Of a DNA stretch of 55,887 nucleotides, positions 18,359 through 28,033 are shown in pieces. The notes under the pieces are model-generated. The model did not search any database, was not told the DNA's origin, and was given only the letters and a program-made list of their open reading frames with translations. Each line of letters opens with the position of its first letter. Position 1 is the first letter of the stretch. The stretch covers positions 1 to 55,887 of the IMG/VR virus record IMGVR_UViG_3300009151_000088, one strand, 5' to 3'. A program made the translations under genes and the position numbers. This DNA is from a virus (Duplodnaviria > Caudoviricetes).

Positions 18359-19050
18359 GCAAAGTAATTGTTGTAATTGGCGAGGCTAGAACTGGTAGCA
18401 GTTTCCTCATCGAAGCATTAAATTCATACGATCCTATTATGAACTTGTATGAATATTTTCCAAGAAGTGATATAGATTTTGCTCAAGGCCCTGATTACTC
18501 TAATGCAAAAAATGCAGTGCATTTAATGAAAAACTTAGAAATGGAAGATACTATAGTCTGTATGAAAATTCAAAGCTATCAACTATTAAATTTAATGACC
18601 AATGACATTGATAAAATTCTAAGTTTACCGCATGTAGAAATTATATTACTTGAACGACTTAAACTATCGCAATGGGTTAGCAGTGAACAAGCTAAAAAAA
18701 CTTTACAATATTCTAAATTTAACACCAACGAAGTGATGGTAGAATTTGATCCGCACAAGTTTTTAGAGTTCTATAAAAAATCTACAATATTTTATAAATT
18801 TATTCGTAAAAAATTATCAGACCTAAATAAAAACTATTTAGAAATATCGTATGAAAAAGATCTTGAAGAATTTTCATATAACAAATTACACAGTTTAATA
18901 GATCCCTGGTTAGAAAGTAATAGTATAGTGTTGGGCAAAAAACATCACGAAATGACTTTTACCAAACAACGTAATGTGCCAATTGAGCAGTGCATTAGCA
19001 ATTACGCTGAATATAAAACATTAGTAGACCATTTTAAAAACAAATTATGA
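18355..19050 (+). CDS. Sulfotransferase-like P-loop protein (Stf0-like)
   Basis: VIGEARTGSSFL (PAPS-binding loop-like), I.LER...SQWVS and ISYE.DL motifs. ATGA overlaps at both ends. Confidence 0.7.
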   Translation: MSKVIVVIGEARTGSSFLIEALNSYDPIMNLYEYFPRSDIDFAQGPDYSNAKNAVHLMKNLEMEDTIVCMKIQSYQLLNLMTNDIDKILSLPHVEIILLERLKLSQWVSSEQAKKTLQYSKFNTNEVMVEFDPHKFLEFYKKSTIFYKFIRKKLSDLNKNYLEISYEKDLEEFSYNKLHSLIDPWLESNSIVLGKKHHEMTFTKQRNVPIEQCISNYAEYKTLVDHFKNKL

Positions 19051-19373
19051 TTACCTTATCTGAACTAGCCGCAAAAAAAATTAAACAAAATTTAGACAAG
19101 CGTGGAAAAGGCATAGGTATCCGTATTGGGGTAAAGACCACAGGGTGTAGTGGTTTGGCCTATGTATTAGAATATGTAGATCATGCTCCTGTTACTAGAG
19201 ATCAGTTTGTCTACGAAAGCCACGGAGTAACGGTGTGGATAGACGGAAAGAGTGCTGTTTATATAAACGGACTTGAAATGGATTGGGTTCGTAATGGACT
19301 CAACGAAGGCTTTGATTTTAAAAATCCCAACGAACGTGACCGCTGTGGCTGCGGTGAAAGTTTTAGAATATGA
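19047..19373 (+). CDS. iscA: Fe-S cluster assembly protein IscA
   Basis: RGKG.GIR.GVKTTGCSGLAY.LEYVD...GLNEGF.F.NPNERD.CGCGESF. Confidence 0.95.
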   Translation: MITLSELAAKKIKQNLDKRGKGIGIRIGVKTTGCSGLAYVLEYVDHAPVTRDQFVYESHGVTVWIDGKSAVYINGLEMDWVRNGLNEGFDFKNPNERDRCGCGESFRI

Positions 19374-19726
19374 AATATTGGTCAAGAGACGATACAAAAG
19401 AATGGATTATTCAACTAGAACATCGCATACAGGACATAGATTATTATCTTAATAAGACCATTGAGTGGTGCGAAGAGTATGGCATTGACAATAACAATCT
19501 AGTATTCATGTGCAGTTTCCTAACTTGTATATGGGTTAGTAATATGCGAGGTGAACCAATTACGTTCACTGAACTAATGGAACTATTAGGTGTTGAAGAA
19601 TGGGACCAAGACGAGGAAAAAGTCTACGAACTTGATGATCGTTGGGGGAACTTAGATTTTCACGAGTTTCTTGAGCAGGTAGTAGAAACTTACTCAAAAG
19701 ACGATGACGACGAAGATTATGAGTAA
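19370..19726 (+). CDS. Hypothetical acidic protein (118 aa)
   Basis: ATGA-coupled to iscA. Asp/Glu-rich tail. Confidence 0.75.
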   Translation: MKYWSRDDTKEWIIQLEHRIQDIDYYLNKTIEWCEEYGIDNNNLVFMCSFLTCIWVSNMRGEPITFTELMELLGVEEWDQDEEKVYELDDRWGNLDFHEFLEQVVETYSKDDDDEDYE

Positions 19727-19962
19727 TCTTTAACAGAGCCGCCGTGCTTTTCACTTTTAGCTTTACGGCCTTTTAGGCTACGTCCGCTACCTTTAACACC
19801 TTGCTTGCCCGTACCATCCGTATGGCTAGTATCATGCTTTAACATTCCATTACTAACGCACTGTGCATAACGAACATTACTTAGACGACTATGTCCTACA
19901 GAACATTGGGTTGCTGTAGGGGTAGCTAGGTTCTTTTCTGAGAGAAGTTCTGTGATTCGCAT
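19717..19962 (-). CDS. Small basic hypothetical protein
   Basis: Start at ATG 19962 (MRITELLSE) in a TAATG overlap with the upstream stop. Confidence 0.7.
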   Translation of the reverse strand: MRITELLSEKNLATPTATQCSVGHSRLSNVRYAQCVSNGMLKHDTSHTDGTGKQGVKGSGRSLKGRKAKSEKHGGSVKDYS

Positions 19963-20252
19963 TAGCAATTCCACTTACGTAATGCTAATGCTTTGCGAGT
20001 AGGATCACCATTAGGTTTCTTCATTGGTCCATCAACACCGCCCATTCTAGCACAGAATGATTTGCGGCGTTTAGCATCTTTGCTACCTGCTTTAAGTTTG
20101 CTAGGTTTAGTAGTCACTGCTGTTTGCAGTTTGCTACCAGGATGTTCTCTACGGTAAGAAGCAACTCCTTTGGCATTTAGGCCGCCAGATTTGCTTTTAC
20201 CTGCTTTGCGGTGCCAGGCCGCTGATTCGTCAATAAATTCGTGTGCTCGCAT
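19962..20252 (-). CDS. Basic phage protein (DUF6321-like)
   Basis: AW.RK.GK...GGLN.KG..SY....PGSKL...RRKSFCARM.G motif. Full TATAAATA 5 nt upstream of the ATG. Confidence 0.8.
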   Translation of the reverse strand: MRAHEFIDESAAWHRKAGKSKSGGLNAKGVASYRREHPGSKLQTAVTTKPSKLKAGSKDAKRRKSFCARMGGVDGPMKKPNGDPTRKALALRKWNC

Positions 20253-20265
20253 TCAAGTATTTATA

Positions 20266-20586
20266 TTACTTGAATACAATCATTCCCAGCATTACAACTT
20301 GACCAATGAAACCCACACAAATTGTAGAAACATATAGAAAGTTCTTCTCAATCAAACTCTTGAAGAACAGAGTAGTCAGCGCGGCCCAAACAAAGATCAT
20401 AAGATCATAGGGAGGTAACTTGTCGCTCTGTGCTAGAATCATTGCTAACAGTGTAGGCACAGCCGCAAAGTGCAGTAACACAATAGTAATCCAACCCAAG
20501 GTATGAGCACTTAAATGACCCAAATGATTCTTAAAAAACATGTAAACAAAGTCAATTAATTTAGCGATAGATACAAAGAATTTCAT
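20266..20586 (-). CDS. Small multi-pass membrane protein (106 aa)
   Basis: Three hydrophobic segments, directly downstream of the cell-wall hydrolase, SD AAGGA. Confidence 0.75.
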   Translation of the reverse strand: MKFFVSIAKLIDFVYMFFKNHLGHLSAHTLGWITIVLLHFAAVPTLLAMILAQSDKLPPYDLMIFVWAALTTLFFKSLIEKNFLYVSTICVGFIGQVVMLGMIVFK

Positions 20587-20595
20587 TTTAAGTCC

Positions 20596-21171
20596 TTACT
20601 TGTAAAAGATGTGATGGCCAATTTTAGTGATCTTTTCACGTTTCCAGCCGGGATTGATATAGTCTGCGTGATAGTACATTGCCTCTTTTAGGCCGGGCAA
20701 CCTAAATTCTTCTAGGAGAACTTTCTTTGCTACTTCCTCGCTTTCTCGATAGTTTGAATTATTAGGTGGACGACTTCCAGAATCCCTGTCACAGGTCCAC
20801 GAAAATTGGCAAATGACCTTTTCATAGAAGATATTCTTTTGATAGATTGTTTTGCAAACGTCGTTGGGAAATTGGCCGCTGTTTACACGGTTTAATGTTA
20901 CTTGGGCAACTGCTACCTTGCCTTCGAAAGGTTCGCTGCCTGCTTCGTAATAGATATTTTTGGATAGACAAGCTAGTTGTCTTTCTCTCATTGCTGTAGT
21001 GATCTGAGAACTGCCAGCGGATTCATATTTGTCGAGCTTGTCAACAACAACCCACTTTAGCATAAACATTGATAGGATCAATGTTAGCACCATTAATGTA
21101 AGTTTTACTGCGGCCAGTGCCGTTTCAGAAACTTCAGGTGCTTGTTCCCTGTCTAGCGTTAACTCAGTCAT
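20596..21171 (-). CDS. Cell wall hydrolase, SleB/CwlJ family (Hydrolase_2), with N-terminal membrane anchor
   Basis: CL..NIYYEA..EP..GK.AVAQVTLNRV....FP..VC...Q....QFSW...YYHADY..P.W......IG.HIFY. SD AGGAGG. Confidence 0.92.
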   Translation of the reverse strand: MTELTLDREQAPEVSETALAAVKLTLMVLTLILSMFMLKWVVVDKLDKYESAGSSQITTAMRERQLACLSKNIYYEAGSEPFEGKVAVAQVTLNRVNSGQFPNDVCKTIYQKNIFYEKVICQFSWTCDRDSGSRPPNNSNYRESEEVAKKVLLEEFRLPGLKEAMYYHADYINPGWKREKITKIGHHIFYK

Positions 21172-21221
21172 TGAAGACCTCCTTTTTCGTTAGTTGGTAA
21201 AATAATTAGTACACAATGACT

Positions 21222-21250
21222 ATTATACTGTCAAAGTTGGTAAAAATCAA
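21222..21250 (-). promoter_or_regulatory. Sigma70-type promoter of the hydrolase gene, overlapping a TGGTAAAA box
   Basis: TTGATT-17 nt-TATAAT on the minus strand. TGGTAAAA at 21238-21245 and 21195-21202 on the plus strand. Confidence 0.65.
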
Positions 21251-21271
21251 CCAGTTTGGTAGGATGTGACG

Positions 21272-21823
21272 TTACTTGACGCCAATTAACATGAATCTGG
21301 TAAATTTCCAAGTTGGATATTCAAATTCACGCTGGCCTCGATATAGGATCGTGCTTAGAGGGAACTCTCTAGCAAAATCTTCCAGGCTATCACTGTGTAC
21401 AAAGTGATCAGTGTGCGGCATATTGTTTCCCTGTAACGCAACTGTGGTTCCTTTGGGGATTCTATGCCACCAATCAAAACTATCAAAATGCTCTGTACTA
21501 GTATTAATTATCAAGTCTGGTGGATTGGATTTAGTATCCAGTTTATTGCAGTCCTCAGTTAGTGCTTTGAATTGCCAGTTTTGATAAACCCAGTTCTCGT
21601 TGATCATGTCTGCAACTTGTTCGCAGTGAGAGTCTTTGTCGTAGCTTCTTATTGATTGAATCCGCAGATTGCCTCGACTCCTCAATAGGAAAGCCGATAC
21701 TCCATACCAACCTCCGTAAATCCATATAGAGTCAATGCTGTCAAATAGCGTTTCTAGTTCTTCGCAGAGCCAAATCTTGCTGCCAATCTGGCCACTACTA
21801 AAAGCATCTTTGTCCACATGCAT
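21272..21823 (-). CDS. Putative class I SAM-dependent methyltransferase-like protein
   Basis: IWIYGGWYG glycine loop, SYDKD acidic strand end, DLIINTSTEH. Confidence 0.6.
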   Translation of the reverse strand: MHVDKDAFSSGQIGSKIWLCEELETLFDSIDSIWIYGGWYGVSAFLLRSRGNLRIQSIRSYDKDSHCEQVADMINENWVYQNWQFKALTEDCNKLDTKSNPPDLIINTSTEHFDSFDWWHRIPKGTTVALQGNNMPHTDHFVHSDSLEDFAREFPLSTILYRGQREFEYPTWKFTRFMLIGVK

Positions 21824-22972
21824 TTACAAAATACCTAATTTTTTAAATTCCGGGCTCCAGGGGTCAGTAGTTTTTAATTTGACTAACCGATGAAAATTGT
21901 ATTCTGTAATCTCCTTACAATTTTTTATTAATTCTAAAAACTCATGTTGGGGCAACTCGGATATACGTTTCATTTCTGCAATGATCATAGTTTTTCTTAG
22001 TTCATTATTCAACACAGCATCATATGATTCGTCAATGAAAGGATGGAATGTTTTGTAACCGTCTAACTCTTTTAATTTGTGTAGTGAAAAAGCATCACTA
22101 TATAATATAAAAGGTTTCATGGCAGCTATTGCTTTATAAGTCTTTTCAGTCATAGGATAAGTGGGAAATTGATGTTCAATACTTGTTTCAAGTACAACAT
22201 GTATATAAGATTGTCGTATTAGGTCAAATAATTTATTTGACGTCATTCCAAATATATTTCCTGAGATTTCATAGGGCATGCCATTGATCCATTCTTTGAT
22301 ACCTAATTCAAATAATTGCTGGTCGGATTTGTTATTATATCTTGCCCAAAAAACTAGCATAGAAAACATAGTTTCAGGATCAATAATAGTTATAGGAGAA
22401 GTATATGGGACTACATTACTAAAACTATATATGCAATCATTCATTAATCCCTTGTTAAACAGATCAAAAAAGAATTCTAATCTCCAATTTTTGAAAGTTC
22501 TAGATAGTATGCTAAACTTTTTTATTGGTTCTCTTGGATATAAGGGATACAACTTAGTAAATTCAAGGAGCAGTTGATTCCTGCTTTCAAGTTGAATTTT
22601 AATATTACGTTTGGATAGTTCAAGAGCCACTGCATCAACTTCTGCCCAATGCATTAACAATAAAACTATTTGAGATTGATCTATCTTATATTTTTCTATA
22701 AATGGCAAGACCATTTTGTCTACAATAGTAAAAGCATCCACAATTGGTGAATGGTCATGTATTATTAATACCTTGCTAGTAGGATCTTTTTGTAAGTGTT
22801 CAACATGTTGGTATTGAAAATCATGTTCAATCTTATATGCAAATAAGAAAAATACAGCGCCGTCAATAAACGACCTTTGATTTAATATACCCGCTGGATT
22901 CTTGTCTGTCCAAGGATGAGAAGGTTGGTTTTCGCTTGCATAAAATGGCGTTGGCATACATGTAATTATCAT
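21824..22972 (-). CDS. Glycosyltransferase-like protein (GT-B-type C-terminus)
   Basis: I.VV.ET......TEKTYKAI....PFI........L...GYKTF...IDESYD motif, resembling the GT10-type (E)N/TEK signature. Confidence 0.55.
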   Translation of the reverse strand: MIITCMPTPFYASENQPSHPWTDKNPAGILNQRSFIDGAVFFLFAYKIEHDFQYQHVEHLQKDPTSKVLIIHDHSPIVDAFTIVDKMVLPFIEKYKIDQSQIVLLLMHWAEVDAVALELSKRNIKIQLESRNQLLLEFTKLYPLYPREPIKKFSILSRTFKNWRLEFFFDLFNKGLMNDCIYSFSNVVPYTSPITIIDPETMFSMLVFWARYNNKSDQQLFELGIKEWINGMPYEISGNIFGMTSNKLFDLIRQSYIHVVLETSIEHQFPTYPMTEKTYKAIAAMKPFILYSDAFSLHKLKELDGYKTFHPFIDESYDAVLNNELRKTMIIAEMKRISELPQHEFLELIKNCKEITEYNFHRLVKLKTTDPWSPEFKKLGIL

Positions 22973-23005
22973 TCAGTAGGTACATTACTCAAATAAATAG
23001 AATAA

Positions 23006-24217
23006 ATGTCCTGCGTTCAAACTCATCAATGTCTGGCCTGTGGCCAATCAAATTTACAGCCAATACTTGATTTAAAGGATCAGCCATTAGCCAACGATTA
23101 TCAACTTATTCCTATAAATGGAAAAACATACCCACTGCTGGTTAATCTATGCAGAACTTGTTTTCATCTTCAATTAAGCCATAGTGTTGCACAGGAAATA
23201 ATCTATAAGAATTACCTATACAAAAGCGGAACTAACCGAACCATCAAAGAATACTGTGATTGGTTTGCTGGGTATGTAACCAGTCTTGTAGAGCATACAA
23301 ACAAGAGCATTCTAGACATTGGGTGCAATGATGGTGTGCAATTAGACAGCTTTAAAAAACTAGGGTGGAATACATTTGGTATAGATCCAGCAGAAAACTT
23401 ATATTCAGCAAGTTCAACTAATCATAAAGTAAGCTGTACATTTTTTAACGGTGATTATGTATCTAAAATACAACAGCAATTTGATATAATTGTTGCCCAA
23501 AACGTCATGGCACATAATCCTAATCCGTTTGAATTTCTAAATAATTGTAAAAATTTAATGAGTGATACTAGTTTATTGTTTATTCAAACTAGTCAAGCGA
23601 ATATGATATTGAACAACGAGTTTGACACTATATATCATGAACATGTTAATTTCTTTAATGTCCGCAGTATGAAACAACTAGCCGATAGAGCAGGTATAAA
23701 TTTAATCGATGTAATTAAAAGTCCAATACATGGAATTAGTTATATATTTGTTTTTAGCAAAACAATATCTAAAAATTACAACATAGAAAACATTATTAAC
23801 ACAGAATCACAATTAGGTCTTTACTCGTTAGATACATATAAGAAATGGAGAACTAACATTATTCAAAATACAAAGTTATTAAAAGATATGTTAGTTCATT
23901 ATAAAGAAAAACATTATCAATTGATTGGCTATGGTGCGGCTGCTAAGGGAAATACATTGTTAAACTACATGGATATTAAATTAGATTTAATAGTTGATGA
24001 CAATCCGTTAAAACATAATTTGTTTACGCCTGGTACTAATATTATTATTAAAGATTCCATTGTACTAAAAGATATACCCTACGACCAACCTGTATTGTTT
24101 ATTCCTCTAGCATGGAATTTCTTTGAAGAAATACGAGAAAAGATATTATTAATTCGACATAATAAAAATGATATGTTTGTAAAATATTTTCCTACTGTAG
24201 AGGTGTTCAATGTTTAA
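23006..24217 (+). CDS. NDP-sugar C-methyltransferase (zinc-binding N-domain, SAM domain, C-terminal domain)
   Basis: CLACG...CRTCFHLQL, ILDIGCNDG, GIDPA, FDTIYHEH, GYGAAAKGNTLLN, VDDNPLK..LFTPGT and LAWNF. Confidence 0.9.
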   Translation: MSCVQTHQCLACGQSNLQPILDLKDQPLANDYQLIPINGKTYPLLVNLCRTCFHLQLSHSVAQEIIYKNYLYKSGTNRTIKEYCDWFAGYVTSLVEHTNKSILDIGCNDGVQLDSFKKLGWNTFGIDPAENLYSASSTNHKVSCTFFNGDYVSKIQQQFDIIVAQNVMAHNPNPFEFLNNCKNLMSDTSLLFIQTSQANMILNNEFDTIYHEHVNFFNVRSMKQLADRAGINLIDVIKSPIHGISYIFVFSKTISKNYNIENIINTESQLGLYSLDTYKKWRTNIIQNTKLLKDMLVHYKEKHYQLIGYGAAAKGNTLLNYMDIKLDLIVDDNPLKHNLFTPGTNIIIKDSIVLKDIPYDQPVLFIPLAWNFFEEIREKILLIRHNKNDMFVKYFPTVEVFNV

Positions 24218-24560
24218 GTTTCCAATTATAGAATTAGTAGATAGATATTGCATTGCAAAGTTAAAATTTGAAAAATTAGGCAATAATAAACCAGAACTTG
24301 ATTTCTACACAGATCAGTTATCGCAGATTGGTATAGATAACATCCAAGAAGAATTAATCCAACTAACTGATATCCACAGAAGGATATGGAGCATGGAGGA
24401 TGACTTTAAAAAATACACGGTTGAGCTTCAATACAGCTTGGAAGAAGTTGGACGCAGGGCTATAGAAATTAGAAACATTAACGGTGAACGATATATAATA
24501 AAAAATAGGATAGCAGATAAACTCAACGATCCTATTAAAGAAATAAAAAGCTACGGTTAA
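24210..24560 (+). CDS. DUF6165-like helical protein
   Basis: P..ELVD...I...K, IW..ED, N..R...K..I and KSY tail shared with 47172..47546. Confidence 0.65.
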   Translation: MFKFPIIELVDRYCIAKLKFEKLGNNKPELDFYTDQLSQIGIDNIQEELIQLTDIHRRIWSMEDDFKKYTVELQYSLEEVGRRAIEIRNINGERYIIKNRIADKLNDPIKEIKSYG

Positions 24561-25313
24561 TTATCGTCGTTCAATATCTTCTTCATCACAAGCTGACCCG
24601 TACTGTATTTCAACGATCCTGCAAGGAACATCATAGGGATTAGTAAGTTGATGCCAATCGCCCTTATGTACGTTATAGGTTTCGTGTGTTGCCAATTCAG
24701 TTAATGGTAACGCATATCCGTTTGGCATCATAGAATTAACAATACATTTTCCTTCTGACACTAACCAATATTCTGCCCTGTGTGCATGTCGTTGCATACT
24801 TAATTTTTGTCCAGGCTCAACTGTTAATTCTTTGACCTTGGTTCCGTTGACATCGTGTAAGACTCTATAATACCCCCAGACCCGTGCAGTCTTTGGTGCT
24901 TTCCATTCTTGAAGTATCCAACTACTGCTGTTTGCTTTATCTTCACCGCCAACACCAAATTCAAAAGTAACATCCGTTACAGCCATTTCCGGAATGTTGT
25001 CTGCCGTACGGTCACCACCGTTGGCAAATATGATCTGATGGCCTGGATAATTCTGTTTTACTTTCTCTAATAAATTGCAAGCGGAGCCATCTCCATCGTC
25101 AAACTCAATGACTTCATCTACAGCTTTCATGTTACTTACCACAGCCCTGCGTTCGTCGTATGGCATGAATGCGCGGCCTTTCTTGCGTTCAAGCCATGCA
25201 TCACTATTAACACCTACAATAAGATAATCACCATAAGTTTTTGCAGAATTCATTAATAATACATGACCACTGTGGATAGGGTCGAACCCTCCTGACACTA
25301 CAACTATTTTCAT
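24561..25313 (-). CDS. Cytidylyltransferase (RfaE/TagD-like) fused to a cupin (mannose-6-P isomerase type II C-terminal-like)
   Basis: VVSGGFDPIHSGH, VGVNSD.WL.RKKG, FANGGDR, then R.WG.Y.VL, LSMQRH..R.E.W and EIQYG..C.E.DIER. Confidence 0.9.
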   Translation of the reverse strand: MKIVVVSGGFDPIHSGHVLLMNSAKTYGDYLIVGVNSDAWLERKKGRAFMPYDERRAVVSNMKAVDEVIEFDDGDGSACNLLEKVKQNYPGHQIIFANGGDRTADNIPEMAVTDVTFEFGVGGEDKANSSSWILQEWKAPKTARVWGYYRVLHDVNGTKVKELTVEPGQKLSMQRHAHRAEYWLVSEGKCIVNSMMPNGYALPLTELATHETYNVHKGDWHQLTNPYDVPCRIVEIQYGSACDEEDIERR

Positions 25314-25326
25314 ATTAATACTTATT

Positions 25327-26262
25327 TTAAGTTAATCTCTCAACAAATTTTACAGGAACTTTGCCGCCAAACTTAATTTCACGTTGGGTGGCCATAATTA
25401 GTTCTCGTTCAAAGTCAGTTAATTTCAAAGAATGGTATTGGTTAACTTCAAGGCCGGGAATTTTAAATTCGCGGAGGTCAGTGGTTACCTCAACAAATGT
25501 TTCTCGAAATACTCTATTATTCCCATTATTGTTTTTTAAATCGTTTAAAATATTTTGAAAGTGAACAGGAGTCCAAGTAAGCAATTCTTCAGCCGAATTT
25601 AAAAAATAGGTAGTTGAATCTAAATGTAAAAAATGACAAATCAAACTAGGAGTATGCCATGGTAACATTATTACTGGAACTTTTAATAGGTGGGCCAAAT
25701 GAGCAATTCCCCCCTCGTAGCCAATAACAACATCGCATAATTCATTCAACATAAAAATTTTAGTTTCTATGTCTATTTTTCTACTATCAAATGTAATTAC
25801 ATCGTAGCCCATTTTTTTAGCAAATTGAAATACTTCTGTCCAGTATTCAACAGGATACCATCTATTCTTTGGATACAGGTAAGTTCCTTTTTCAAAGTTA
25901 CTGCTGTCAAACACTTCATTTGAATCGTTGTAACAGGCTAAACCAATACAAGGTTTATTAGGTTTGCCTACTTTAAGTTTTTGACCAAATAATTTAATTA
26001 TATCAACTTTGGGGTAAGAATTAAAAATTTTTGATAAATCACCGATTAACGGTATTTTATCATTTTCAAGTTTATCTTTTTCTATGACTGCTAAAGTTGG
26101 TACATCAAATACATCTTTCATAGTTTTAAACCATCGAGATCCGTGATACTCTGTGGTAACAGTTACAGGTATTGCAGAGTTTGCAAACACTGAAAAAATA
26201 GTAACGTTTGTGCCCAAACCTCTCAGAGAAGTTTCAACATTAATTGAACCGTTTTCAAACAT
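25327..26262 (-). CDS. Glycosyltransferase family 9-like (heptosyltransferase-like)
   Basis: RGLG near the N-terminus, R.YP.E.W, and CDVVIGYEGG.AHLAH.L.VP.I.L. Confidence 0.7.
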   Translation of the reverse strand: MFENGSINVETSLRGLGTNVTIFSVFANSAIPVTVTTEYHGSRWFKTMKDVFDVPTLAVIEKDKLENDKIPLIGDLSKIFNSYPKVDIIKLFGQKLKVGKPNKPCIGLACYNDSNEVFDSSNFEKGTYLYPKNRWYPVEYWTEVFQFAKKMGYDVITFDSRKIDIETKIFMLNELCDVVIGYEGGIAHLAHLLKVPVIMLPWHTPSLICHFLHLDSTTYFLNSAEELLTWTPVHFQNILNDLKNNNGNNRVFRETFVEVTTDLREFKIPGLEVNQYHSLKLTDFERELIMATQREIKFGGKVPVKFVERLT

Positions 26263-28033
26263 TCTTTTCCTCAGTTAACTTTTTATACACATAGTCTGTA
26301 AATTGTTTATAGAATTCCATACGTGGATGATACAGGCCATGTGTATCATTATCCCAGTGTATGTAATTTCCCATACAGTAATCGGAATCAATGATGGAAT
26401 CAAAAGAATTAGCTTCTTCTAATATGTTAACAAAGTTTGGATTGATTGGTTTCTTAGTCCATCTTTTGTAATCATCATATCTTCCATGAATGTATTGTTG
26501 TACCAATCGTCCGTTCAGTCTATCCGCCAGCAAATCTAAAAATTTTACTGAAATGTACCAATGATACAAATTGAAATAATCATTAGCAACATTTACAACA
26601 AACTCATTGTATAATTCAATAGACGGCCAAAATATATTATCAGAAAGCATTACACGTTGTGTGTTGCCTTCGGGTGTAAAAAACATCCATCTATCTGGTC
26701 CGGGTATTCCTACTATGATAAAATCTAAGTCGGTTAAAAATCCAGACTTTAAATCTTTTTCAATTTCAAATACAACATTTTCCATAGAGTTTCCGCTGTT
26801 GGCTCTATTTGCAAAATCTACACCAAATTTATTTGCTAATTGTTTAGCCCATGACAAATTTTGTTGTATACTTTTTAAGTCGGGAGCAATATCTTTATAA
26901 TGTTTATAGCTTTCGTAAAAATTAAATTTTTCTTCACGTTTTCTACGATCTAATTCTTCTATAGGTAGTCTAGGATCGATTAAGTAATCGGCAAGTTCTG
27001 CTCCTTCTGTGAAACTGCAACCATAGGCAACAATTCTATTAAATTTAATAGTCTGCCCGTTGCGTTGTATTTCTTTAGGTTTCCATTTTGGTTCTAAGAA
27101 TTCAATTACTTGCGGTCGTAATGTATGTAAATTTTCTAAAAAGGTTTTTTTATAAAATGCAATATCTTGATCATTAACTATCCATCTACCTTTTAAGAAA
27201 CTACTAATCATAGAAAATGCCGCGGGAGTTGTATGAAAACGATGCATAGTCAGCATTCTTATTTTGCTGTTAACTAATTTGATTATTTCTTTTTGTAAAT
27301 CTTCAATGTCTAGACAAAATTCATCAGCGCACCCGCCATACTGGCCAACTGCCATTGGACTATAGTCATTCTCCCAAGCTAGTTTAGTTTGTGCGTAACA
27401 CCAATATAATACGGCTTCGCTAATAATCATAGGAACTTGATATATATCGTAGTTGTTAAACTTGAGTATTGTAATTAAGTTTCGCACCAGTTGATTTTTC
27501 CATATAAATGGAGTAATATTATATGATTCTGTTAACGTGTTAACATCTAAGCCTAGCACAGAGCAAGCCATTTTTTGATCATCACTAGGAGGATTAGGAT
27601 TTGGACGGTCGTTAAACAAATGAACTAGCAATTTGCCATCTTTGAAGTAATCTTCAAATCTTGTAGGTCGAATTAAGAAATTTTTACAATCAAATAATAT
27701 AGACCATGTTCTGTCTGATCGGCTGGCGGCCCATAATTTAGCTACCTGTTGTCTATGCCAACCATCTGTGGCAGCAATTGTAGGGGCATCTACTACTTCT
27801 ATATTCCAGTTCCACATCAATGGTACTATATTATCTACGCACCATTTATGTGTATATCCGGGATCTACCGGAGGCTGTTGTCTGCCTTGTGTAACACAAT
27901 CTTCAACTACAATAGTCCATTTATACTTCTCTGGATTATGGTCGACCCAATACTTTCTTAAACTAAGTGCATGATAATACAGGTTGGCTAGGTCGCCCGC
28001 ATACACTACTGTTATTAACTCAATGGTCTCCAT
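26255..28033 (-). CDS. Fusion of a GT-A/DUF6492-like domain and an SGNH-hydrolase-like domain (592 aa)
   Basis: N-half GW.RQQ.AKL.A......ILFDCKN..IRP. C-half AYGCSFT.G.E...SW...LA.....NRA.SG.S...HP. Confidence 0.6.
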   Translation of the reverse strand: METIELITVVYAGDLANLYYHALSLRKYWVDHNPEKYKWTIVVEDCVTQGRQQPPVDPGYTHKWCVDNIVPLMWNWNIEVVDAPTIAATDGWHRQQVAKLWAASRSDRTWSILFDCKNFLIRPTRFEDYFKDGKLLVHLFNDRPNPNPPSDDQKMACSVLGLDVNTLTESYNITPFIWKNQLVRNLITILKFNNYDIYQVPMIISEAVLYWCYAQTKLAWENDYSPMAVGQYGGCADEFCLDIEDLQKEIIKLVNSKIRMLTMHRFHTTPAAFSMISSFLKGRWIVNDQDIAFYKKTFLENLHTLRPQVIEFLEPKWKPKEIQRNGQTIKFNRIVAYGCSFTEGAELADYLIDPRLPIEELDRRKREEKFNFYESYKHYKDIAPDLKSIQQNLSWAKQLANKFGVDFANRANSGNSMENVVFEIEKDLKSGFLTDLDFIIVGIPGPDRWMFFTPEGNTQRVMLSDNIFWPSIELYNEFVVNVANDYFNLYHWYISVKFLDLLADRLNGRLVQQYIHGRYDDYKRWTKKPINPNFVNILEEANSFDSIIDSDYCMGNYIHWDNDTHGLYHPRMEFYKQFTDYVYKKLTEEKNV

